From positions 17,590 through 81,589 of the IMG/VR virus record IMGVR_UViG_3300032289_001838: a stretch of 64,000 nt of DNA; one strand, 5' to 3'. The translations under genes were made by a program, and so were the position numbers. The notes beneath the pieces were generated by a model. The model made no database searches. It was not told the DNA's origin and saw nothing but the letters and a program-made list of their open reading frames with translations. Positions 1-9,050 of this stretch are shown here, one piece after another; the first letter of the stretch is position 1; the number at the start of each line of letters is the position of its first letter. Source of the DNA: a virus.

Positions 1-251
1 TGACTATACATCTGATTTTCTAATTTATAACCAGGACTTCTTTTTACTGGTTTAGCTAATTTATAACCAACTTGTGTATAAGTATCTGGTCTTGCGCCTT
101 TTCTAGAAAAAGCAAATGGAGTTCTCGCTGCGTCTCCTCCAACAGCGACCGGTCCAGATGCAACTGCGCCAGTACCAGTGGTACTAGCTTCGTTTTTAGC
201 TCTTAATTTGCTTAAGAGTTTCTTAATCTTGAGTTTTAAGTGTGGCTTCAT
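1..251 (-). CDS. hypothetical phage protein, truncated by the window edge
   Basis: Read by eye: ATG at 251, MKPHLKLKIKKLLSKLRAKNEASTTGTG..., open to the window edge; overlaps the end of the 223..1107 gene. Confidence 0.7.
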   Translation of the reverse strand, partial: MKPHLKLKIKKLLSKLRAKNEASTTGTGAVASGPVAVGGDAARTPFAFSRKGARPDTYTQVGYKLAKPVKRSPGYKLENQMYS

Positions 252-1107
252 TCTTTAACTTGTCGATTTCTTCAACTAATTCATAAGCGTTTAACAATGA
301 AGTTAATTGATTTTCTTTTACTACACCTACAACATTTTTATTAGAAAATTGATTAACTACTTCGGTTATCTTAATTTTTACTATATCAGAATTAATTGTT
401 TGAAGATTTTCTTTTAGAATGAGACTTACTCTTTTATACTCTTCGTTGACAAATTTAGTAAATTTGTTTGAATTACTAATATTTGTAATGTATTCTTTAA
501 GTAGTTTCTTTTGTGCTGGTAACAAATTACTATACTTAGTATTGAAATTTTCGATCAAGAATTTATAGGCTAATAATCTTACTTCTGCACTTTGACTTTC
601 ATAAACATCCAAACTTTCTTCTCCACTCTTCTTTTCTTTAATTAGATTTTCAACAACGTATTCTCTAGATTCTAATAATTCTTCAACATCAAATTTGACT
701 TCTTGTTCAGCTTGGTTTTCAAATAATTTATATACCGAAGCGTATAATTTATAATTTGGAATTTTGTTCTTTAAAAATTCATCAATATTATATTTCTCTT
801 TTATCTCTTTAATAATATTATACTTTTGTTTATTCAATTCACGTTCGTCCAGTTTTGATCGTGTCTGCAGTACTACGTTCAAAATACGGTCGGCAGAATT
901 TGCATCTTTACTGGATTGTTGAAGTATGAAATTATATAATTGTGCTTCTTTACCAAGTTCTTTACTTTCGTGGAAGTATTTAAACATTAAATTTTTAGTA
1001 AACGATTCATCTCTACCCGCCAAAATATCCGCAGTTATTTGGCGAGTAAGAAGCTCAAACAATATTCCAGCATTCTTGAATTTTGAATGTTTTGCTTTCT
1101 TGTGCAT
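223..1107 (-). CDS. hypothetical head-module protein
   Basis: 294-aa ORF directly downstream of the portal, preceded by the TATTTATA motif. Confidence 0.7.
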   Translation of the reverse strand: MHKKAKHSKFKNAGILFELLTRQITADILAGRDESFTKNLMFKYFHESKELGKEAQLYNFILQQSSKDANSADRILNVVLQTRSKLDERELNKQKYNIIKEIKEKYNIDEFLKNKIPNYKLYASVYKLFENQAEQEVKFDVEELLESREYVVENLIKEKKSGEESLDVYESQSAEVRLLAYKFLIENFNTKYSNLLPAQKKLLKEYITNISNSNKFTKFVNEEYKRVSLILKENLQTINSDIVKIKITEVVNQFSNKNVVGVVKENQLTSLLNAYELVEEIDKLKNEATLKTQD

Positions 1108-1159
1108 ATTATTATTATTTATAAATATAGATCAACTATGTAAATATATAGGAATTGTG

Positions 1160-3058
1160 TTATTCTTTTATATTTATTTCGTCCATATAAGATTTTTCAT
1201 CACCTTCTCTCAAAATTTTCTTTTCATCTTCAACTGTATTTAACATATCACTTAAACCTCTAAGTGATTCCAATGATAGAGGAGATTTGTTTTTGTATTT
1301 ATGTGTTACGGATAAATCGGACGTTCTATTATTTTCTAAGCCGCCTAGTGGGTCTTCTCCGAATGGATATTTACCAGCATCCTTTCTTCCGGTTTGATCT
1401 CTTTCTGCTAATTTTGCTGGCGGTTCACTGGGTTTGCTTTCTTTATCAGTTGGCTTGTTCTCACCGGGTGATTTTTCAGTTGGTGACGATGTATCAGCTG
1501 CTTCTGTGTCAGCTGATCCATCTTCTGGTACTGATCCAGTGTCTCCTTCACCTTTGTCTTTAGATTGTAAGAATTTAATTGCTGGATCGTTACCTTCTTC
1601 TTCAATCTGTTTAAATCTATATGTGCCTTTAGCATCGTCAACTAATTGCTTTTGCAAATCAATCATATCTTGGTCACTTAAACCAAAGACATTTTCATAA
1701 ATCCATTTTTTACTGAAGAATTTATTTTCTTGCATGTCTTTGGAGACTTCAACTTTACTCTTCCAAACATCAATCTTTTCTTTTTCAAAGATAGTAGATG
1801 GATTTGTCAATTCTAGTGTAAAGTCTACCAATGATTCATCACGATATCCTTGAGAATATAAGTGAATAACCGCAATCTTATTCAATTCACTAACAATAAT
1901 TCTTTGAATACGTTGAATTGTACGTGCAAAACGAATATCTTCTGCTGCCAATGTAGCTTTACCACTTAAACTTTCGTCGTAACCTAAGAATGCTTTTGGA
2001 ATCTTGAGTGCTGCCATCATCTTATTACGAAGATATTCAATGTCGTCTGTGCCTGTCCATTCAAGACCTGGCAAATTATCAATACTAGTACCGCTGTCAC
2101 TGCCACGAACTGGCAAGAAAAAGTCCTCTACCATGTTTTGTAGATTAAAACGTAAGTTATAATCGCCGGTTTGTTGATCCAAATATGGAGTCTTTTTCAT
2201 TTGGTTCATTATTCGTTCCATATGATTGTCAACTTCATTTGGAGGAATATTACCGATATCAACTTTGAAAATACGTTTTTCGGGAGCACGCATGATACGA
2301 TGAATTAACATTGCGTCTTCCATCAAACTCAATTGTTTCCAAACACGACGAGCGCCTTCCAACATACTCTTACCATATGGTAAAAAGTTACTGTCACTCA
2401 ACAATCTAAAATGTGCAATTTGGTAGTTTTCTAAGTCTTCAAGTTTGTTTCCATAGGGAAGATTAACTTGGAATTTAACGAAATTTTTATTGGTCAAATG
2501 TGCATTTTCTACACGGGTTACATAATATGTACTCAAAGGTTCAACCAAATACACACCATACTCAGGACTAATATGTAAACGAAGATAAAAATCTCCATAT
2601 TTAACCATGCAGCGAGTCCAACTCCAAAGATTGAATTCAATATTTAGAATATCATAGAATAGGTTATGAAGAATATTCTTGATTTCATCATTAGTAGACT
2701 TAATCTGCAAAATATCACCCATTTCATTTCGTGTTGTACATTCATCTGCATAAATGTCTAATGCAGATGCAAGAATTGGATCCATATCCATTGTATCATA
2801 ATCACGAAATAGTTCTACACGACTACTTTGATATGATAGATTGAAATCTCTTGTATATTGATTGTATGAAGTTGTACGTAATCTATTAAAACGATCTCTT
2901 AAACTATTACGATCTGTAGCGTATTGAATCTCGTCGGTATCTACAACTTTTAGTTTCTTACCGCCAATATTACGAACAATTACATCATTTGAAAACAAAC
3001 GTTTCAAACGTGCAAATAATGAACGGTTTCTTAATTCCTGAAATGATTGATCTGACAT
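1160..3058 (-). CDS. portal protein (T4 gp20-like)
   Basis: Motifs ALDIYADECT, LMEDAMLIHRIMRAPEKRIFKVDIGNIP, EDFFLPVRG, ALKIPKAFL, EDIRFAR typical of gp20-family portals. Confidence 0.95.
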   Translation of the reverse strand: MSDQSFQELRNRSLFARLKRLFSNDVIVRNIGGKKLKVVDTDEIQYATDRNSLRDRFNRLRTTSYNQYTRDFNLSYQSSRVELFRDYDTMDMDPILASALDIYADECTTRNEMGDILQIKSTNDEIKNILHNLFYDILNIEFNLWSWTRCMVKYGDFYLRLHISPEYGVYLVEPLSTYYVTRVENAHLTNKNFVKFQVNLPYGNKLEDLENYQIAHFRLLSDSNFLPYGKSMLEGARRVWKQLSLMEDAMLIHRIMRAPEKRIFKVDIGNIPPNEVDNHMERIMNQMKKTPYLDQQTGDYNLRFNLQNMVEDFFLPVRGSDSGTSIDNLPGLEWTGTDDIEYLRNKMMAALKIPKAFLGYDESLSGKATLAAEDIRFARTIQRIQRIIVSELNKIAVIHLYSQGYRDESLVDFTLELTNPSTIFEKEKIDVWKSKVEVSKDMQENKFFSKKWIYENVFGLSDQDMIDLQKQLVDDAKGTYRFKQIEEEGNDPAIKFLQSKDKGEGDTGSVPEDGSADTEAADTSSPTEKSPGENKPTDKESKPSEPPAKLAERDQTGRKDAGKYPFGEDPLGGLENNRTSDLSVTHKYKNKSPLSLESLRGLSDMLNTVEDEKKILREGDEKSYMDEINIKE

Positions 3059-3081
3059 ATATTATTTTAATATATAAGTAT

Positions 3082-4275
3082 TTACAACAACCAAGTTAAA
3101 CTTTCTTTTTTATCGTTTACCGTAAAATCCATCGTCTTGTGATGGTCAGCAACACGACTCACATCCTTTTGAACGGTAACAGGACTTGTTACTTTAGATA
3201 TTTTAGAAATCATTGCTTTGTTATAAGCTATTTGATCATTTCTAAGTCTCAATGCGGTTTCACGAACCCACAAACCAATACCCATAGACATTACCAAGTC
3301 ATCGTTATAACCTCTCATCGCTTCTGCTTTAGGTCCGTTCCATATAAATACATTTAATTCCTCAAACAATCTTTTAGACTTCATAATCACTTGTTTTTGT
3401 CTAAAAAATAACTCTAAATTACTTACTATTAACGGTCTATTTTTACTGGTTGTAGTAAATCCAGCTACTAATTTTTTATCTTGTGTATTTAACTTATTAC
3501 TATACGACTTCTCCACATCTACAATGGTAAGATCTGTTGCACTATAAAATGTATTTTGATAATCTCTATCTATTATCTGTTGAAGTGTTCCCCAACCTAC
3601 GTTATTATTTTCTACAACCAATAAAGCATTGTTATATTCGGTTGCAACAGTCACCAATAAATTACCATAATCTTTGGTTGTTAGTTGACCTCTATATTCA
3701 GCAACTTGTTCCATCGTCTCAATATCGATAACATGAAATGCACTAAAATCTCCACCATCTCCTCTTGCACAGTCTGCTGTTAATAGATAATTTTTACTAT
3801 AATTAGGATAATCCCATATCCATAAATCTTGATTATTACCACGCTTTTCTACGGGATCTTTTATATAGGTCTGTTTATAAAACTCAAGAACATCTACACT
3901 CACAACTTGATTACCTGATGTACTAAAATCACAATTATGTGAAACAATTCCGTCTACATTAAAAACATTACCGCCGGAGACGTTTACTATATCATATAAA
4001 TCAATGGGATTTTCGAATTTTTCTATCGTTATGACAACTACATCTACACCATTTGCTCCCGATATTTTTGATCCGATTTTGATATCGTGAGATCGCAGTA
4101 CTGAATTTTTATATATAAAAGGATGATTGTCCGAACATTTTATTATTTTGCCATTACTCAATAATATTTTATAGTAACAATCCTTTTTTATTTTTCTGAT
4201 TCCAAAAAAATCTTGGTAACCTGTTGGAGTCAAAATTTGAAACTTAGTATTTAGTTTAACATTTGAATCGATCAT
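3082..4275 (-). CDS. terL: terminase large subunit C-terminal (nuclease) part, fused to split-intein C fragment
   Basis: First 114 aa are intein-like (block B SDNHPF, end VSHN/C); then RNase H-like TerL nuclease (TADCARGDGGDFS, VVENN, DDLVMS). Confidence 0.93.
   Translation of the reverse strand: MIDSNVKLNTKFQILTPTGYQDFFGIRKIKKDCYYKILLSNGKIIKCSDNHPFIYKNSVLRSHDIKIGSKISGANGVDVVVITIEKFENPIDLYDIVNVSGGNVFNVDGIVSHNCDFSTSGNQVVSVDVLEFYKQTYIKDPVEKRGNNQDLWIWDYPNYSKNYLLTADCARGDGGDFSAFHVIDIETMEQVAEYRGQLTTKDYGNLLVTVATEYNNALLVVENNNVGWGTLQQIIDRDYQNTFYSATDLTIVDVEKSYSNKLNTQDKKLVAGFTTTSKNRPLIVSNLELFFRQKQVIMKSKRLFEELNVFIWNGPKAEAMRGYNDDLVMSMGIGLWVRETALRLRNDQIAYNKAMISKISKVTSPVTVQKDVSRVADHHKTMDFTVNDKKESLTWLL
3934..4275 (-). 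other. split intein C fragment (IntC, 114 aa)
   Basis: LYDIVNV (block F), GIVSHN followed by Cys+1 at 3931-3933. Confidence 0.92.
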
Positions 4276-5024
4276 ATGTCTATTGTAAATAGTTTACACC
4301 CTAACAAATTTTTAATTTCAGTTTCTCTTTGGAAATCTCTTTGTTTCAATTTACCATTTTTATAGTGTCGTTTTTCGTATATTTCTAACACAACATTATT
4401 TTTCTCATCATATGCATCTAGAAAATAACCAAGTTCTTTAAGAAAAACTTCGCCACCATTTTCAGCGTGTCTAAATGTATATCCGTGTGTATTACCAAAT
4501 TCCTCAATTAGTTGTATTGATTTTTTGTTATAACGAGGTATAATTTGACCTTTTATTTCCGATAAATACTTTAATGTGGATACTCTCATTTTTTGTTTTG
4601 TTTCTGGAGTATGTAGTTTACCAATTTGAGTTTTATGATATTCCGGACATCTACGACAATATTTTGTCCATGTTATTTTTTTCCCACATTGACATTTTAA
4701 TTTTGTCAAATCATAATTATGTTCAACAATAAAACGAATCCGATAAGAAAAATTATACCGTCCCTTGTAACTTTGTTGTTGTTTAAATGCATTTTCTAGA
4801 ATACTCGTATGAAAAAGAATTGATTTATATAGTTTTGGGTTTTGTTTTATCAGAGTTCTATTCTTAGCACGACCAAATAAAAATTTATAATAATTTTCAT
4901 TTAACAATTCGGATTTGGTTTCTTCACGTGAATATAAATCAGTTTCACAACTTAATTGTTTCTTGATTTTATCCCAACCGACCGTTACATAATTTTTAGG
5001 TACACACATATGGGTTGCAATCAC
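4272..5024 (-). CDS. free-standing homing endonuclease (NUMOD3 plus Vsr-like PD-(D/E)xK domain)
   Basis: NUMOD3-like GKLHTPETKQKMR; CxC..CxxC; C-terminal YFLDAYDEKNNVVLEIYEKRHY...RDFQRE; lies between the two terL halves. Confidence 0.8.
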   Translation of the reverse strand: MIATHMCVPKNYVTVGWDKIKKQLSCETDLYSREETKSELLNENYYKFLFGRAKNRTLIKQNPKLYKSILFHTSILENAFKQQQSYKGRYNFSYRIRFIVEHNYDLTKLKCQCGKKITWTKYCRRCPEYHKTQIGKLHTPETKQKMRVSTLKYLSEIKGQIIPRYNKKSIQLIEEFGNTHGYTFRHAENGGEVFLKELGYFLDAYDEKNNVVLEIYEKRHYKNGKLKQRDFQRETEIKNLLGCKLFTIDI

Positions 5025-5045
5025 ATTCTTGTATAATACATATGA

Positions 5046-5879
5046 TTACAATTCTCCGGAATACAATTTTTCTAAAGAAATGTCAAATTCTTTTCCTGAT
5101 GTTTTATCTCTGACTCTAATCGTAGACTCTCCCCATAGACAATCACATTCTTGGGCTGCGCCTTTTACACCAGATAATTCTGTTTGTTTATCTCTCCAAG
5201 CTTGATCTCTTTCTGGATGCAGATGCCATGGTAACCTTATAGTTTTAAAATTGTTCTTACCTTCTTCAGCTTCTACCCACGTTTTATGGAAGAAATTGCC
5301 AACGCCATTTGGAGTACTTAATATAATAGCTCTACCACCAGTGGACAATGTATATTGAGCAGACAGCCAAATTTCTTCAATGCCATCGATAAACGCAGCT
5401 TCGTCAATGATTAGTAATGATAGTGCGGAAGAACGACCAGCTGTACCAGCAGAAGAGACTGCTTTGATTTGAGAACCATTCTTTAAACGCAATGATAATC
5501 TATTATCTTCTACGCATGGTACTTTTAACCAAGATGGCAAGTTATCATTAGCAAATCTAACTTTGGTAACGATTTCTTTTGCGGTTTCTTGTGTAATACT
5601 AATACAAAGAATGTTCTTGTCGTTGTGGAATGTCATTAACCACAAACTATAAGCCGCAGTAAGAGTACTAATACCCATCTGACGACTTTTGAGAACAACG
5701 TTTAACTGATTATCAACAAAGTCTTGTAAAGCGTCTTCTTGGAATGGATATAGTTCAAATCCAACAGTACCACGTATAGGATGTTGAATTTTGACATACT
5801 TCTTCATGAAGTATATAGGATCCTCAATACACTTCTTATACTCTTGTTTTATTATTTCTCTTAGATTTGGCTGACTCAT
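5046..5879 (-). CDS. terL: terminase large subunit N-terminal ATPase part, fused to split-intein N fragment
   Basis: LYPFQ, Walker A KSRQMGIST, Walker B LLIIDEAAF, motif III LSTPNG; ends AQECD/CLWGESTIRV... Confidence 0.95.
   Translation of the reverse strand: MSQPNLREIIKQEYKKCIEDPIYFMKKYVKIQHPIRGTVGFELYPFQEDALQDFVDNQLNVVLKSRQMGISTLTAAYSLWLMTFHNDKNILCISITQETAKEIVTKVRFANDNLPSWLKVPCVEDNRLSLRLKNGSQIKAVSSAGTAGRSSALSLLIIDEAAFIDGIEEIWLSAQYTLSTGGRAIILSTPNGVGNFFHKTWVEAEEGKNNFKTIRLPWHLHPERDQAWRDKQTELSGVKGAAQECDCLWGESTIRVRDKTSGKEFDISLEKLYSGEL
5049..5141 (-). other. split intein N fragment (IntN, 31 aa)
   Basis: CLWGESTIRVRDKTSGKEFDISLEKLYSGEL*: intein block A, then stop. Confidence 0.9.
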
Positions 5880-6483
5880 ACTTTTCTTCGTACTCTTTTA
5901 TTTTAAGATTCAATTCTTCCAATCGAACGTCAATCACACCTATATCCTTTGTCAAATCTTCAAATATTTTATTGTAATCTATATTACCATCCCACTTTTC
6001 AAACGATCCATCTTCCTCAAGAAATGTAACATCTTTATCTTTATTTTCTTCACAGAACTTTTTGCTTTCTTCAAACTTCTTCTTATAGTCCTCTAAAATA
6101 CTACGTTCATTTTTCAAATCTTGAAGTTCATTATACACTTCAAACATTCCGATCAATTTAAGATTTGTTTGGAAATCAATAAAACAGTCATAACAATATC
6201 CCGTCTTTGGCCAAACTCTATCATCTAAATAATTACCCCATCGAACATCCATATTACAACATTTACAACGTTGTTCGTTGATAATGGTAGCACGTTTTGA
6301 AACTCTACGTTTACTTCCATTTTTCCAAACCCATTTTCTACCTTGACTGTCCTCCCATTCGTCACCTTCTTTGCGTTTATTGTTTTCCAAACTGGCATCA
6401 TAGCCAACTTGTACGAATGGACGTTCGCCCGATAAGTAATCTTTTACAATTGATAAATTGCTTTTACCTGATGCTTTCTTCAT
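5836..6483 (-). CDS. hypothetical protein with CxxC pairs and coiled coil
   Basis: 215-aa ORF, CKCC...CYDC, overlaps terL start. Confidence 0.7.
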   Translation of the reverse strand: MKKASGKSNLSIVKDYLSGERPFVQVGYDASLENNKRKEGDEWEDSQGRKWVWKNGSKRRVSKRATIINEQRCKCCNMDVRWGNYLDDRVWPKTGYCYDCFIDFQTNLKLIGMFEVYNELQDLKNERSILEDYKKKFEESKKFCEENKDKDVTFLEEDGSFEKWDGNIDYNKIFEDLTKDIGVIDVRLEELNLKIKEYEEKYESAKSKRNNKTRV

Positions 6484-6501
6484 AACAAATACGTATTTAA
6501 T

Positions 6502-7536
6502 TTATTTCTTAAACTTACTTCCAAGACCTTTTATAATAAAACTTCCTGTAATTTTAAATGGATTACTATAAATACTTGAGTCTCTTACAACTATACCTTC
6601 GTGTTTTTCCAAGTCTCCAATTTCACTGGTAGCATTTTTTAATATTTCATCTCCCAATTTAATTGTGGTTAAATAAACAATGGTATCATTAACTATTTTA
6701 TTTACATCTTGACCGGCGAAATCTTGACTGATATTCTTACTATCAACCGCTTTTAAAAATTGTTCACGGGTAATAAGAGGAGTTTTAAACTTTAATCCTT
6801 TTAACCAATCTTTCAAAGACTTGGTTACAGCTTCACCCATAGGATACAATGTAACTTGTTGCGTCAAAACACTAGCTAGTTTTGGTTCTGATTTGAAAGT
6901 AGTGTCAATGCTACCCAACACCTTAAAACCACTCTTCATAGCAACCTTATTTAATTTGTTTATATAAGACTGCATTGCGGTTTTATCATATGGTATTTCA
7001 ACAGCTTCTCTTGATTTAACACTTCCATCTTTACCAAATGTTTTTGGTTTAATTTCTTTTAATCCGTGGATAGCTAAAAAGTTTCCAATTTCACCATATC
7101 CCAACACATTTGTTTGTCCCTCTACATATTCAATGTTGAATAGTATATTAGGATTATCTAGTAACCCAAGCGTTTTCAATTCGGATCTTGTAGATGGAAT
7201 TGCAGCATCAAAAATATTGATAACTTTAGTACCTATATTAACAAATCCGTGACCAGCTCCAAATCTTGTCTCCAAATCTTCAGGTCTCATTCCTTTGATA
7301 TCCAATGGCTTTGCTGATCCACGATCCATCACAAATTGGCCGTTTATCATACGGATACTTGCATTAACACCGTCAATCTTTACACTACCAGCGCCTTGCT
7401 TCAAAGACTTTACTGCTTTTGCAAATACGTCAACTAATTTAGCTCCTGTATCTACAAAATCAAATGGATGTGCCATATGTCCACCTGCACCACCTTCTTG
7501 TATTACTTCACTTAAAATGTTATTTAGTCTTATCAT
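6502..7536 (-). CDS. phage protein with ATP-dependent ligase/nucleotidyltransferase-like motifs
   Basis: KIDG (motif I), FNIEYV (III), EGIVVR (IV), PFKI (V); N-terminal GGAGGHMAHPFD. Confidence 0.55.
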   Translation of the reverse strand: MIRLNNILSEVIQEGGAGGHMAHPFDFVDTGAKLVDVFAKAVKSLKQGAGSVKIDGVNASIRMINGQFVMDRGSAKPLDIKGMRPEDLETRFGAGHGFVNIGTKVINIFDAAIPSTRSELKTLGLLDNPNILFNIEYVEGQTNVLGYGEIGNFLAIHGLKEIKPKTFGKDGSVKSREAVEIPYDKTAMQSYINKLNKVAMKSGFKVLGSIDTTFKSEPKLASVLTQQVTLYPMGEAVTKSLKDWLKGLKFKTPLITREQFLKAVDSKNISQDFAGQDVNKIVNDTIVYLTTIKLGDEILKNATSEIGDLEKHEGIVVRDSSIYSNPFKITGSFIIKGLGSKFKK

Positions 7537-8293
7537 ATGGTTTTAAAAATGTTTTATCGAATACAGGAATTGCTTTTTTGTAAGAACTCTTTGTTTCATC
7601 AAGAGCATTATCTGTAAATTGCCAATTCCAAAATAATTCATTTGGCGTTTTGAATCCAAAAAATTGTAATACTTCTTTTTGTGTTTGAGTAACATCTTTT
7701 CCATTCCAATTTTGACCAGTAGCAATAAATCCTGAATCTATATCTTTTACTATATTGCTTTCACCCAAAGTAGAATGTCGGTTCTCAATCCAAGTCAATC
7801 TTTCGATCAATTTTTGATAAAAACCATTGGCTTGACCCCATCTTACACTAGCAAAAAATAAAACGACATCACTTTCAAATAACTCTTTACTTATTTTCCA
7901 CAATTCATCATTTTTGTTATTAATACTAGCCCAACAACGAAGATCGCCTGTAGGATTTTTGTCTTTATCTTTTAATGAAGCATCTTTTGTTCCACAATGA
8001 TTTCCCCATTTAGATGATACGTTACCCTCACACGGAAATATGTTTAACTTGGTTGTATCAATTAAAGATACTTTTTCTTTGCCTAATAATTCTTGTATTT
8101 TAATTGCTAATTGTGTGCTTTTAGCGATATCATCTTTGTGACCACTCCATCTATTACTGGTTGTAAGCAATAGTACTTTGTTCTTGGTACGTAAATATTC
8201 TATTGTCTTTTTGTATTTACGAGCATAAAGATCCATATCTTGCTCGCTTTGAGGAAGTTTGGCTTCTAATAATAAATCGTTTAAACTGATCAT
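7520..8293 (-). CDS. flavodoxin-like protein (NADPH-dependent FMN reductase / iron-sulfur flavoprotein family)
   Basis: LLLTTSNR..KSTQLA, IFPCEG...HC...RCW, SDVVLFFASVRWG, KLIERL; start moved to MISLNDLLLE at 8293. Confidence 0.7.
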   Translation of the reverse strand: MISLNDLLLEAKLPQSEQDMDLYARKYKKTIEYLRTKNKVLLLTTSNRWSGHKDDIAKSTQLAIKIQELLGKEKVSLIDTTKLNIFPCEGNVSSKWGNHCGTKDASLKDKDKNPTGDLRCWASINNKNDELWKISKELFESDVVLFFASVRWGQANGFYQKLIERLTWIENRHSTLGESNIVKDIDSGFIATGQNWNGKDVTQTQKEVLQFFGFKTPNELFWNWQFTDNALDETKSSYKKAIPVFDKTFLKPYDKTK

Positions 8294-8312
8294 TTTGATA
8301 ATTGGTATAAAA

Positions 8313-8747
8313 TTATTTGTTTGTTTTTTTAACCACCCCATATCCAGAACCATATGGAGATGATTTACCAGATTCTGGATTTGATGTTTCTTTATTTAAT
8401 TTTATTGTTTTTGCTTTTGATGCCTCTTTACGTTGTATAGCATAGTCTAAAGCACTTTTCAACCTGCTTTTAACATTTGGATCTTTAGCATTTTGATAAG
8501 CTGCTCTAACTCTCTGATGTATAAGATTTATAATTTGAGATTGTCTTTTGTGACTTTTTGATTTAAAACTACTACTAGCTAGTGTATCTTTAATGTCTTG
8601 TGATGTTCTAAATTTTACTCTAACCGTATCTTTCGGATTTTCATCTGTATACAATCTTCTACCAGATCCTTTTGGTTTTTTACCAGTTCCAACCTTTGGA
8701 TCAGACTCAGATAAAACTTCATTTAAAATGTCTGTTAAACTAATCAT
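8313..8747 (-). CDS. basic hypothetical phage protein
   Basis: 144 aa, DPKVGTGKKPKGSGRRLYTDENPKDTV motif; N-terminus MISLTDILNE. Confidence 0.75.
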   Translation of the reverse strand: MISLTDILNEVLSESDPKVGTGKKPKGSGRRLYTDENPKDTVRVKFRTSQDIKDTLASSSFKSKSHKRQSQIINLIHQRVRAAYQNAKDPNVKSRLKSALDYAIQRKEASKAKTIKLNKETSNPESGKSSPYGSGYGVVKKTNK

Positions 8748-9034
8748 TTGGTCAAATCTTCCAATTTACTTTGCATTGTCATACCACGAATCACTTCAGG
8801 TGTGCCGCCGTTGTCTCTATTAAAATAACGTTTATAATTGCTTAGTGCAACGTCTAATCTAGCTTTATCAATTGGTTCTTTTGAAAGAATATCTTTAACC
8901 ATCTTTAAATTGTTGACAACTAAAACATTTGTATCGTTAATAACTTCGTCGATTAATTTTAAAAGAGATGGATCTACTGCTTCTTTAACTTGTGGGTTAG
9001 TTAAATCCTCAACGATTCGTGTTAATAGTATCAT
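8744..9034 (-). CDS. hypothetical protein
   Basis: 96-aa ORF preceded by TATTTATA, ATGA overlap with next gene. Confidence 0.7.
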   Translation of the reverse strand: MILLTRIVEDLTNPQVKEAVDPSLLKLIDEVINDTNVLVVNNLKMVKDILSKEPIDKARLDVALSNYKRYFNRDNGGTPEVIRGMTMQSKLEDLTK

Positions 9035-9050
9035 AATATATAAATAGTAA

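Noticed and set aside
1014-1020. GCGGGTA on the minus strand complementary to the orphan tRNA acceptor strand
   Set aside because: A 7-nt match inside a CDS with no D arm or anticodon stem; expected by chance
4272-5045. Group I intron as the explanation for the split terL
   Set aside because: The ORFs abut almost directly, leaving no room for an intron core, and the split-intein ends explain the break
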